The translations under genes were made by a program, and so were the position numbers. DNA of 55,093 nucleotides from Deltaproteobacteria bacterium RIFOXYD12_FULL_55_16 (GTDB lineage: Bacteria; Desulfobacterota; Desulfobulbia; Desulfobulbales; Desulfurivibrionaceae). Position 1 is the first letter of the stretch, and the number at the start of each line of letters is the position of its first letter. The notes under the pieces were generated by a model. That model saw nothing but the letters and a program-made list of their open reading frames with translations, searched no databases and was not told where the DNA came from. Below are positions 18,348 through 27,066 of this stretch, in pieces. The stretch lies in contig MGTC01000035.1 of the NCBI GenBank assembly GCA_001799255.1, positions 65,024 to 120,116 of the forward strand, given 5' to 3'.

Positions 18348-20609
18348 CTAAAACATTACCCTTAGTCTGGCGCTGAGGGTTACAATCTCCGTCTCCTCCA
18401 GAGGCGTGCTGGAACTGCTCAGGGCATAATTGAGATCCAGAGAGGTTCCTCGGCGAATCTGCCAGGTCAGGTTGGGAGAGAACACCCTGGACAACGCCTG
18501 GCTCTCCGGCTGCACCGTTTCAAAGTAGGAAAGGCCCACCTGCAAGGTTCCATCCCGGAAAGGCGACCAGTTCATGCCGTAGTTCTGCAGGGTATGAATC
18601 TCTTCGTCTCTGATCACCACATCGTGAGCAGCAAAGATGCTCAGAGCCGACACCGGACTGTATGAAACACTGATCTGCCCCCGGCGCTCGCTGCTCGTCA
18701 AGTCGGGCCGGTCCCCGCCCTGGCTGCTGGTGCTGCTCAAAAAACCAATCAGATTCGCACTTACAGTCCGATGCGGCGCGATGCTCAGGCCCAGGTTGTA
18801 CTGGGAACTTTCCGACTGCACCTTGGTCGTGGCATTGGAGGCAAAGGTAAGGGCACCGCCCAGGAGCAGGTCGAGCCCGGGATAAAGCGCGGCCCGGTTG
18901 TTCAGGGAAAAAGAGTTCGAGCCCAACTGGGTGCCGGACTGCTGGGCCGTACGGCCACTGTAATTCAGGTTGCTGTGCAAGGTGGGCAGAGGCTGAGCGG
19001 TGAAGCTGGCCCCGTAACGATAAGCCATGTCTGGATCTTTCTGGTCGGTCTGCATGGCATCATCCCTGCCAAACATGACGTTGCCGGTAAGCCAGGGGGT
19101 CAACCGATGAGAAAGGGAGGAACCATTGGAAACATAGAGCCGGTAAAGATTGCCGGGATTGCTCAGTCGATAGAACATAGAAAAGTTGTAATCCAGGCCC
19201 GGATTCTCCAGCAGCCTGATCCGGCTGCCCAGGTTGAGGTTGTACGTCTGCGAAAGAGAGGTCGTTTTATTCCCGGCTGTAGCGGTGGCCTGCCGATACA
19301 AGGTTTCCACGGTCGTGATATTGAACGGGGTATTGCCAAACTTCAGCGGCGTAACAACCACCTTGAGATACTGGGCCTTCTGGGACGGAAAACGTAGTTC
19401 AAATTTCCTTTCCCCGTACAACGAAGTGTAGACCACGGATTGTAGGGAGATTTCCTGCCATTCGTTGTTGGCGTTCACCCCGAAAATCTTCCAGGTAAAG
19501 GAGGCTGCGGACAGGCCGCTGGGCAGGTCAGGGGAAGGGTCAGAAGGCAAATAAAGCCGCACCACATTGGTCGTCGCCTCCGGGCCAAAATCCAGGGCGA
19601 TGTGCAGTGGTTCAATGATCGCCGGATCGGTAAGGGGCAAGACAAGAGGCGCGGAAATCGTGGTGCTGGGAAAAGCCCCCACGGGAAAAAGAGGGTCATT
19701 GGGCGGGATGGAGGTCAGAGGCTGCCTCGGCGTCAAGACACTAAGGGATTCATTGTACGACTTTAGGTTGTAGAAGGGCACCCCTATATCAAACTCCCCG
19801 CCCGCGCCGCTGATGACCTCGTTGCTTTGCTGGTTCACCGCATAGGAGGAGGCAATATTCAGCAGGTTGCGAAAAAAACGATCCTCATAGGAGACCCGAC
19901 CGCTTTGGCTCATGCCTCTGATTTCCGTATCGTCCAGTAAATTATGGTTACGGTCAAGGTTGGCGGAATAGCTGAGACCCGTAGTTCTATGGGGATGATA
20001 ACTGGAGCTGAACTGGAGCTGATCCTGCACCGTGTTTGAGGTCAGCCGGTTTTCGTCATAGCTCTCGGCATGGGTGGTCCGCAGACTGAAAGAGGGCAGC
20101 TCCAGCGGTCTCCAGCCCAAAGAGGCGGTATACATATCCCTGGTCTGGAAGGTTCGCGTCCCATCGCTGCCCCGCGCTTCGTCCTGATAACGGTTAACGC
20201 CCAGGCTGGCGGAAATCACGGGTGAACCCAGCACCAGATCCAAAAAAGGATTCTTTCGGATATTGGTGGAAACGCCGCTCGAAACGCCATCGCTCTCGCC
20301 GCTGGAATCAATACGCGTGAAGCTGCCTCCGCCCCGCAGAACCAGAGAAGGATACAATATCTTGTCAAAGAACAGCCGGTATTCCTGAGAAAAATTGTCG
20401 CCACTACTCTGGCTGGTTGCCGCCGACGACTTGAGTGTCCCATCGCTGTTGCGTGTTTCACTGATGGTTGTTTCACTGCTGGAGGTGCTGTAGCCATAAT
20501 CCATCGAAAAAGTCAGACTGTCCGCCCTGGCCGATTCCAGCCGGAAGCAGCCGGTCAAGACCAGAATGGCCAGAAGCAGGGGCGCTCTTCTGCCCAGGGT
20601 ATTGTTCAA
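18348..20609 (-). CDS. Outer-membrane beta-barrel protein with internal inserted domain
   Basis: Signal peptide, S/Y/N/G-rich amphipathic strands, C-terminal ...LSARLRVMF ending in Phe. Confidence 0.75.
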   Translation of the reverse strand: MNNTLGRRAPLLLAILVLTGCFRLESARADSLTFSMDYGYSTSSSETTISETRNSDGTLKSSAATSQSSGDNFSQEYRLFFDKILYPSLVLRGGGSFTRIDSSGESDGVSSGVSTNIRKNPFLDLVLGSPVISASLGVNRYQDEARGSDGTRTFQTRDMYTASLGWRPLELPSFSLRTTHAESYDENRLTSNTVQDQLQFSSSYHPHRTTGLSYSANLDRNHNLLDDTEIRGMSQSGRVSYEDRFFRNLLNIASSYAVNQQSNEVISGAGGEFDIGVPFYNLKSYNESLSVLTPRQPLTSIPPNDPLFPVGAFPSTTISAPLVLPLTDPAIIEPLHIALDFGPEATTNVVRLYLPSDPSPDLPSGLSAASFTWKIFGVNANNEWQEISLQSVVYTSLYGERKFELRFPSQKAQYLKVVVTPLKFGNTPFNITTVETLYRQATATAGNKTTSLSQTYNLNLGSRIRLLENPGLDYNFSMFYRLSNPGNLYRLYVSNGSSLSHRLTPWLTGNVMFGRDDAMQTDQKDPDMAYRYGASFTAQPLPTLHSNLNYSGRTAQQSGTQLGSNSFSLNNRAALYPGLDLLLGGALTFASNATTKVQSESSQYNLGLSIAPHRTVSANLIGFLSSTSSQGGDRPDLTSSERRGQISVSYSPVSALSIFAAHDVVIRDEEIHTLQNYGMNWSPFRDGTLQVGLSYFETVQPESQALSRVFSPNLTWQIRRGTSLDLNYALSSSSTPLEETEIVTLSARLRVMF

Positions 20610-22045
20610 GGACGCGCTCCTACCACGGCCAGATCCTGAGGAACGGCGCCCGCCTCCATCCGGCCAACAACCTGACGGCTGATGAGATCCACCGCCGCCA
20701 CTCCTGCCTGCGCGGGCAAGGCCAGCAGCAGCCGGTTCTCCTCGTCGGCAATAACCATCTCCACCGGCCCGCCAGTTCCTTCGAGAAAATCAATGGGCAT
20801 CCTGGAAAAGGAGGAATAGACCTCCAGGCGGTTTTCGTCATGATGCCCCAGATAGAGCAGATCGGTGCGCGAGTCGATCAGCAGGGCGCTGCCGCCCATG
20901 CCCACCTGCAGCCGATCCAGCAAAGCGAGAGAACGGGTATCCAGCACCGACAGGTAAGGCGAGCCATGATGCAGAACATAGAGACGGCTGCCGTCGCGGT
21001 TAAGAGTACCCCGGAGGGGGCCGGCCTCCAGCTGAATCGTGGCGACAAATCTCTGACGAACGAGATCCAGCACCGTAATCGTGTCGGTACGTTTACTGAA
21101 GACATAAGCTCGCTGGCTGCGACGATCGGGCAGAATAAAAATCGGCTCCTCGCCCACCGGAATCCGGGCCAGCTCCAACTGGGTGCGGGAATCAAGACAA
21201 AGCACGGTATTAATCCCGGAGCAGGCCACCAGCAGCAGACGGCCATCAGGGCTTAAGGCCATAGTCCCGGGGCGGTCTCCGGGCCGCAGGAGAATGCGAC
21301 CGACCGCCTCGCCGGTGACCAGATCCAGAACCTCCACCAGATCTTCGTCAGGCATGGCCACATAGAGGCGGCGCTGGCGATCATCAACCGCCACGCCAGC
21401 GGGGATTTCCCTGCCCGTGCCAATGGCGCTGTGCACATTCAGGGTCTTGCGGTCAAAGATGAGCAGGTACCCGGCCCTGGCGCAGTTCAGAATCCCGGTT
21501 CGACCTTGCAGTGGCCTGTCCGGCGGATAGGCGGCAAGTCTGGGGGTGAACTGAAAGCCCTGGCGGACAGAGCCTTCATGCTGATAGGCCATCTCCAGCA
21601 GACCGGCCCGGCCCTCCCGCTGGACAAAACTGCTGAGTACCACCAGCGGTTCCTTCCCGACCTGCAAGGCCGCCTCGCCCTCTTCGGTCTTGGTCCAGGC
21701 CCCTTTGAAGGCCAGGCTGAAGCCGCGATAGACCCCGACGGGTAAGCGACCCGAGGCGAGGAGACGCTGGCGGTTGACCGTGGCGGAAGTGAGTTCGGGC
21801 AGATGCAGGGTCAGGGGCCAGAGGACGCCATGCTCATCAATGGCCGACACCTGGTCAAGAACCAGACGCAGACGGCCTGCCTCGGGCGGCATGGCTTTCA
21901 GGTACAAAAGAAAGGGGGTTCCCGCAGACAGACTCAGCTCCCGAGGCTGCATGACCGACTGACAGCCCACCGCAAGAAAGAGAACAGAGAGAAAGAGGAG
22001 CGGCAACCAGGGCCGGTATATTACCCGCAGAAGAACTGAGATCAT
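20606..22045 (-). CDS. YVTN/YncE-type beta-propeller lipoprotein
   Basis: Lipobox LAVGC; repeats such as LSPDGRLLLVA...NTV, IPVGEEP, DGSRLYV. Confidence 0.8.
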   Translation of the reverse strand: MISVLLRVIYRPWLPLLFLSVLFLAVGCQSVMQPRELSLSAGTPFLLYLKAMPPEAGRLRLVLDQVSAIDEHGVLWPLTLHLPELTSATVNRQRLLASGRLPVGVYRGFSLAFKGAWTKTEEGEAALQVGKEPLVVLSSFVQREGRAGLLEMAYQHEGSVRQGFQFTPRLAAYPPDRPLQGRTGILNCARAGYLLIFDRKTLNVHSAIGTGREIPAGVAVDDRQRRLYVAMPDEDLVEVLDLVTGEAVGRILLRPGDRPGTMALSPDGRLLLVACSGINTVLCLDSRTQLELARIPVGEEPIFILPDRRSQRAYVFSKRTDTITVLDLVRQRFVATIQLEAGPLRGTLNRDGSRLYVLHHGSPYLSVLDTRSLALLDRLQVGMGGSALLIDSRTDLLYLGHHDENRLEVYSSFSRMPIDFLEGTGGPVEMVIADEENRLLLALPAQAGVAAVDLISRQVVGRMEAGAVPQDLAVVGARP

Positions 22046-22061
22046 GGTCCGCCTGTCCCCA

Positions 22062-22140
22062 AAGTCAGGAATCAGAATTCTGAATCCTGACTTCTGACTT
22101 CTTAATTCTGACTTCTTAATTCAGCCTTCAGCCTTCAGCC
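22062..22140. repeat. Heptamer tandem repeats (TTCTGAC / TTCAGCC) without the GTGGAC core
   Basis: Read directly. Confidence 0.6.
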
Positions 22141-22199
22141 AAGTTTAAAGCCCCAGCTTACAAAGGCAAGCACAATTTTTACCGCGCAGGCAAGATAAA

Positions 22200-22235
22200 C
22201 CAAAGCCATGACCGGAGAACCGGTCATGGCTTTGG
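22200..22235 (-). terminator. Perfect 16-bp stem-loop downstream of omcS (terminator or mRNA stabiliser)
   Basis: CCAAAGCCATGACCGG-AGAA-CCGGTCATGGCTTTGG, followed on the minus strand by TTTATCTT. Confidence 0.8.
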
Positions 22236-22260
22236 GTAAGACTAGACTGCTGTGCCAGGA

Positions 22261-23592
22261 TTAATCTTTAGCGTGACACTTGTTGCACAGAGAACGCTGG
22301 GCAACGGCAAAGTCGGTAGACGGCTTGTTGTAGTAAGCAGCGAGCTGCTGATCAGTGTTCAAACCTGCCGTGGCCTTATAAGCGCCAGCAGTGTCGGTCA
22401 GCAATTCGTTGTTGACCTGGTCCCAACGGAGCATGCTTTCAAAGCCGGAAGCATGGGCGCGATGGCAGGAGAGACACATTACGTTGGCGGTGGCATCCGG
22501 GCCAGCGGTGGTGGCTTGCAGAGCGGTAAGAGCAGCGCGGCCAGCGGCGTCACCGATAGCGCCGGTCTCAAAGGCTACCAGGTTCAGGTTGGCGGTTGCC
22601 TGGCTGCCGGTCATGTCGCCGGTTTTCTTGTAAGCATTGTAGTTAGCAGCAATGGTAGCGCCCAGCTTGTTGCCGTTGCTTGCAGGATGCACGCCCATGG
22701 CGCCGGAGGTCTGGCTGGAGGTGCTGTGCATGGCGGTATGACAGTTGGCACACCACTCGGACATACCGGAGCCGTAAGCAACGCGTACACCGGCGGTGGC
22801 GCCAAGGGTAGTGGTGTTATAGGTGCTAGGGGCAAGAGCCACCGGAGGAGCGGCGGTAAAGGTCTTGTCAATACCAGCGTTGGTCAGAGACTTGGGGTTG
22901 TAGCCAACACCAGCCAGGAAACGGTAAACGCCAAGGTCATAAGCGCCGGTAGCTGCGGTAGTGGTGCTGGCATAAGAGCCAGAAGCGCCAATGGGCTTGC
23001 CAGTAGTGGTGGTCGCGCCTGCCGCATCTATCCGGTACTTGCCATGGGGATCATGACAGGAAGAACAGGCGAGGCGGGTATTAGGATAAGTACCGCCAGG
23101 AGCGACGGTCAGGGTTGCGTCAGCAGCCATGCTGAAGTCTGCGGCAACGATGTTGTGGCCGCGACGGTTGTTCCTGGTGGTATTACCCTGGCAGTCAACC
23201 ATGGTCCAGGAAAAGTCGCCACCCGGGCTCATCTGCTGCGGGACGCTGTTAGTAGTGGCGCCCTCGGTTTTGACATGGTAGGAACTGGTAGAGCTGCCAT
23301 CGCCATGACAGTTCAGACAGGCCGAGCTGGCGTCAGTGCCTTGGAGCAGCATGGTCTGAACAGAGGTGTTGCTGTTGGCGGTCTTAGAAGAAAGGTCGCC
23401 CGTGGTACCGATCATGGTCTTGCCGGAAAAGGAGTTATGCATGGTGTGACAGGACTCACATTTTGCAACACCACCAGAATGGAAGGCATTAGCCTGACCA
23501 ACCAGACCGAGGGTAAGAACACCTGCGCCAACCACAACACCAAGGGTCAAGATACTCGTTCCTGCAACAACCAGCTTCATCTGCTTCTTCAT
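22261..23592 (-). CDS. omcS: OmcS-type hexaheme nanowire cytochrome
   Basis: Mature N-terminus FHSGGVAKCESCHTMHNS and C-terminus QRSLCNKCHAKD closely match Geobacter OmcS as recalled; 6 CxxCH; start 23592 follows a GGAGGA RBS. Confidence 0.93.
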   Translation of the reverse strand: MKKQMKLVVAGTSILTLGVVVGAGVLTLGLVGQANAFHSGGVAKCESCHTMHNSFSGKTMIGTTGDLSSKTANSNTSVQTMLLQGTDASSACLNCHGDGSSTSSYHVKTEGATTNSVPQQMSPGGDFSWTMVDCQGNTTRNNRRGHNIVAADFSMAADATLTVAPGGTYPNTRLACSSCHDPHGKYRIDAAGATTTTGKPIGASGSYASTTTAATGAYDLGVYRFLAGVGYNPKSLTNAGIDKTFTAAPPVALAPSTYNTTTLGATAGVRVAYGSGMSEWCANCHTAMHSTSSQTSGAMGVHPASNGNKLGATIAANYNAYKKTGDMTGSQATANLNLVAFETGAIGDAAGRAALTALQATTAGPDATANVMCLSCHRAHASGFESMLRWDQVNNELLTDTAGAYKATAGLNTDQQLAAYYNKPSTDFAVAQRSLCNKCHAKD

Positions 23593-23621
23593 TTCTACAT
23601 CCTCCGGAATATTTTCCTTTG

Positions 23622-23702
23622 TTCCCGGTAGCCCGGCCATCCTGCTTGCAGAATCCGTCGGCTTTGTGTCCCCGCCTTACGACGGGTTTACCTTTTTCGG
23701 AA
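23622..23702 (-). ncRNA. GEMM-I (cyclic dinucleotide, c-di-GMP-I class) riboswitch
   Basis: Minus strand CCGAAAAAGGTAAACCCGTC-GTAA-GGCGGGGACACAAAGCC...GGCCGGGCTACCG: GYAAAC / GNRA loop / GACRCAAAGCC core. Confidence 0.9.
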
Positions 23703-23892
23703 GATGATTTACTCCCGGCCCAAAAACCGGAAGCCCTCTTTCACTATGACCTGCACACTGTACTTTACAGACAGCACTTCTTTTTCTTTTCTCTGAACTG
23801 CCCCGCTCCCTGTTTTTTTACCTCCTCTTTGCTTGGTGATATCCAAGGAGCGTTTCGTTCTGACCCACCCCCTTCCTTTGCCTTGTCCTGAA

Positions 23893-23908
23893 TGCAAGCG
23901 GCGTGCCA
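23893..23908 (-). promoter_or_regulatory. sigma54 (-24/-12) promoter of omcS
   Basis: Minus strand TGGCACGCCGCTTGCA matches consensus TGGCACG-N4-TTGC. Confidence 0.88.
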
Positions 23909-23937
23909 TAAGCGCATATTTCAATAAAGATCTAACA

Positions 23938-23950
23938 AATCAACTTGTTA
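23938..23950 (+). promoter_or_regulatory. IHF-binding site
   Basis: AATCAACTTGTTA matches WATCAA-N4-TTR and lies between the sigma54 promoter and the putative UAS. Confidence 0.7.
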
Positions 23951-23994
23951 TACAGATATTAGCATCGGGAAAAGGAAGAAGCGGGCGAGGAAAA

Positions 23995-24030
23995 TGGAAT
24001 TTTGACCAAATGCCTGTGGGCATATCACCA
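23995..24030. promoter_or_regulatory. Tandem TGG-N8-CCA palindromes, putative enhancer (UAS) for a sigma54 activator
   Basis: TGGAATTTTGACCA (23995-24008) and TGGGCATATCACCA (24017-24030), offset by 22 bp. Confidence 0.55.
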
Positions 24031-24043
24031 GATGGAGGGGAAA

Positions 24044-24240
24044 GGCTGAAAGCTGAGTGCTGAGTGCTGAGTGCTGAGTGCTGAGGGTTAAAGGCTGAGT
24101 GCTGAGTGATCGGAACTCAGTAAGTCCACCCCGTCCACACTGTCCACCCTGTCCACAAAAGGCTGAGGGTTGAAAGGGCTAGGCTGAAGGTTGAAGTGCT
24201 GAGGGCTGAGGGCTGAGGGTTTTTAACTTTTAACTCTTAA
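24044..24240 (-). repeat. Composite repeat, copy 6
   Basis: (GCTGAGT)n array, then CTGAGTGATCGGAACTCAGTAAGTCCAC...GTCCACAAAAG. Confidence 0.85.
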
Positions 24241-24243
24241 TTT

Positions 24244-25284
24244 TTAATTCTTAATTTCGCCTTCCCGCTGCTTCACCATAAAACGAAACACCTTGATCCC
24301 CTGTTTGCCCAACTGAGAGACGTAGAGCCTGCCGCTTTTGCTCACCGCCAGGTTCTTGGGCCCGATCAGGCTCGTCGGATGGAGGCCCCGGTAACCGAAT
24401 TCGACCAGAAAATTGAAATCCTGATCAAAAACAAGGACTGCGGATTTCAAAAGGTCAGAGACAAAGATCAACCCCTCCGGCCCGGCAGCAATGCCACCCA
24501 CCACGTTGAAGCGGCCTGGCGCCCCTCCAGCCCGGCCGAATTCTTCCAGTTCCTGGCCGGGCCGCAGACGATAGCCATGAAAACTGGTTGGCACCGTAAA
24601 GAGCAAGGCTCCGTCCTGATCCACATCAAAGCCGCCCAGATTAGCCTCAAGCGGACCTTCCTTCCTCAGCTCCAGCAGCCGGGCCAGGTCGAAATGTTCC
24701 ACAAACCTGCCCCGCAGGTCAAAAACCGCAGCCCGCATGTCGGTTATATCAGCCAGGTAGAGAAGGCCCTTGCGCAGAATCAGGCGATCGGCCCGAAATC
24801 CATCCATAACCGGGGGCAGACCCGTAAAAGCCATCTCCTCCTGCGGTTCGCCACGGTAATCGCAGCGCCAGAGAGTCGCTCCGCTTCCAGACGAGGAAGA
24901 GCAGAGCAGCAAAAGGTCGCCATCTTCAAGAAAAGCGAGGTCACTTACGCTGCCCAGACGGTCAGTATCAAAGCTGTAAATCAGCAGGCCAGAGGCATTA
25001 AAGACCAGCACCGAGTGTTCCGCCGGATTGAGGACATAGGCCTCCTGATGGGCCTCATCAATAATAATGGGCAGCCACTCGAAAGGAAGGGTGCCGGTGA
25101 AGGTGCCCAGATGGTGGAGGTAGCTGGTGGTCACCACCTGAGTGCCTGCGGATTCGACTGCAGCCAGGGTCAGGGTCGGGGCCAGGAGCAGGGTCAGAAA
25201 AAAGAGGGCCAGGAGTATTGGCCGCAGACCGCGCCGCGCCGTGGTCGACACCAGGTTAAAAATGAAGGCAAAAGACGGGATCAT
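24244..25284 (-). CDS. NHL-like beta-propeller protein upstream of omcS
   Basis: Signal peptide; FGRAGGAPGRF...GIA...IFVSD and FGYRG...P..LAV...LYVS repeats. Confidence 0.8.
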   Translation of the reverse strand: MIPSFAFIFNLVSTTARRGLRPILLALFFLTLLLAPTLTLAAVESAGTQVVTTSYLHHLGTFTGTLPFEWLPIIIDEAHQEAYVLNPAEHSVLVFNASGLLIYSFDTDRLGSVSDLAFLEDGDLLLLCSSSSGSGATLWRCDYRGEPQEEMAFTGLPPVMDGFRADRLILRKGLLYLADITDMRAAVFDLRGRFVEHFDLARLLELRKEGPLEANLGGFDVDQDGALLFTVPTSFHGYRLRPGQELEEFGRAGGAPGRFNVVGGIAAGPEGLIFVSDLLKSAVLVFDQDFNFLVEFGYRGLHPTSLIGPKNLAVSKSGRLYVSQLGKQGIKVFRFMVKQREGEIKN

Positions 25285-25386
25285 GCTGAACCGCTCCTGA
25301 TTATGCGCTGCCTGCTGGCAGCAGATACCCTTTGGGTGCTCTCCATTCTATCAAATTGAAACCCTCCCTTGACCGGAGGGGGCTTT

Positions 25387-25566
25387 ACTCAGCACTCAGC
25401 TTTCAGCCTTTTGTGGACAGGGTGGACGAGGTGGACAGGGTGGACTTACTGAGTTCCGATCCATCAGCACTCGGCACTAAAAGATCACCCGCCCACTTCG
25501 TCCAGACCGTCCACCCTGTCCACACCGTCCACTTCGTCCACACCGTCCACCTCGTCCACCCTGCAC
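25387..25566 (+). repeat. Composite repeat, copy 7, followed by an inverted GTCCAC 9-mer array
   Basis: Core at about 25408-25470; about eight GTCCACnnn units at 25490-25566. Confidence 0.85.
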
Positions 25567-25830
25567 CAGCAGGCGCATGATCTCGACCATCCCCCACTTT
25601 GGGGAATGCAGGTAAGAACACTATATATATGACAATAGCGAAGAGATAACAAGACCACTCTCAGCATTTTTTTGCAGCATCCGGCAAAGCCCAGCCGTCC
25701 AATCAAGACCTTTTTCCAGTTGACAGAGCAGAAGAGCTTCTTTATATATCATACTTCTCATCCCCCTGTTCTGCTCTGCACAGGCCAGAACAGGGGATGA
25801 AAGCAACCATCCGCGACGACAAGGGAGCCA

Positions 25831-27018
25831 ATGAAGACCACCTGGCCTGACCGTGCCCTGACCTGCCTGCTCCTGCTGCTGCTGGCGGCAGGACTGACCG
25901 GCTGCGCCCTGCCAGGGCAAACAACCGGGCCGGGGCAGGCCAATCTTGCCCCGCCGGAAATCTCCGACCCATCCCAAGCCCCTAATTCCCCGCAGAGGGA
26001 GCGCAGCGAAGAAGCTGCCTCCTCTCCCCGGATCGCCGTGCTTCCCTTCGTGAACCTCAGCGCCGCTCCCGCTCCCCTCAAGGAAATACGTCAGAAATTA
26101 CTGGAACTTCTGCGCGACCAGGGCATGAATCTGCTGGAGGAAAAAGAACTTCTTGCCCTCATGAAACGGCACCGGATGCGCAGCACCGCCGGGCTGACCA
26201 CGGAACTTGGCGAGGCCTTTCTAAAAGAGGCCGGGGTCACCGGGGTACTCATCACCCAGCTTACCCAATACCAGACATATTTCCCGCCTAAATTCGCCCT
26301 GACCAGCCGGCTGGTGACCACCGGGGAGAAACCGATGGTCGGCTGGGCGGACAGCCTGATTATGACCGGCGATGCCCAGCGGGGCCTGCTTGACCTTAAA
26401 CTGATCCGCGACTTCAACCAACTATACGGCCCCGGCCTTGCGCGGCTAGCCACCTCTCTGAGCCGCTCTTTTGAGGAACAGGCAAACGGCAACGAACGCA
26501 AATTCCTGAACCCTCGCAGCTTCTACCGTGCGCCCGCCCTGGCGCAACAGGACCGCCCCCTTACCGTGGCCATCCTGCCCTTTATCAACCAGAGCCAGAA
26601 CCGCTTTGCCAGCGACCTGATCGCCCTTGATTTTCTTCGCCACCTCAGCGCGGAGAATAAATTCCAGGTCCTGGATCCTGGCCTGCTAGAAGAACAGCTC
26701 CTGGGCTACCGGATCATCATGCCCTATGGCACTTCCCTGGACACAGCCGACATGCTTTTCAATTTTCTGGATGTTGACCTGCTCCTGGCCGGCAAGATTC
26801 TGGAATACGAGGAAGCCTCGGGAGTCAACGCGGTGCCCAGGGTGCATTTCACCGCCCAGATTATCCAGCGCCAGAACCACGAACTGGTCTGGTCATCCAT
26901 CAGCAGCAACTACGGCGACGAGGGGGTTTACTTCTTTGACTTCGGCCTGATCAAAACAGCCCGCGAACTGGCCTCCCGCATGGTCAGATCTACGGTGCGA
27001 CAAATGGCGCAGCCATGA
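25831..27018 (+). CDS. Lipoprotein with two tandem PelC/CsgG-like domains
   Basis: Lipobox LTGC; two RIAVLPFVN / TVAILPFIN domains. Confidence 0.7.
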   Translation: MKTTWPDRALTCLLLLLLAAGLTGCALPGQTTGPGQANLAPPEISDPSQAPNSPQRERSEEAASSPRIAVLPFVNLSAAPAPLKEIRQKLLELLRDQGMNLLEEKELLALMKRHRMRSTAGLTTELGEAFLKEAGVTGVLITQLTQYQTYFPPKFALTSRLVTTGEKPMVGWADSLIMTGDAQRGLLDLKLIRDFNQLYGPGLARLATSLSRSFEEQANGNERKFLNPRSFYRAPALAQQDRPLTVAILPFINQSQNRFASDLIALDFLRHLSAENKFQVLDPGLLEEQLLGYRIIMPYGTSLDTADMLFNFLDVDLLLAGKILEYEEASGVNAVPRVHFTAQIIQRQNHELVWSSISSNYGDEGVYFFDFGLIKTARELASRMVRSTVRQMAQP

Positions 27019-27066
27019 ACAGCGACCACAGACTCAGATGATCTGGACACAGACGACATAAATTCT

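Noticed and set aside
22252-23631. 459-aa plus-strand ORF and many other long antisense ORFs (e.g. 108..779, 1159..2310, 13128..14186, 39315..40460, 46975..48444)
   Set aside because: Shadow ORFs opposite well-supported genes in GC-rich DNA, with no recognisable motifs
23593-23640. ORF-track N-terminal extension of omcS
   Set aside because: Overlaps the riboswitch and RBS; the ATG at 23592 has a GGAGGA RBS and begins a signal peptide
25387-25566. Possible CRISPR array in the GTGGAC/heptamer repeats
   Set aside because: Units are 7-9 nt, there are no unique 25-45 nt spacers, and no cas genes are present
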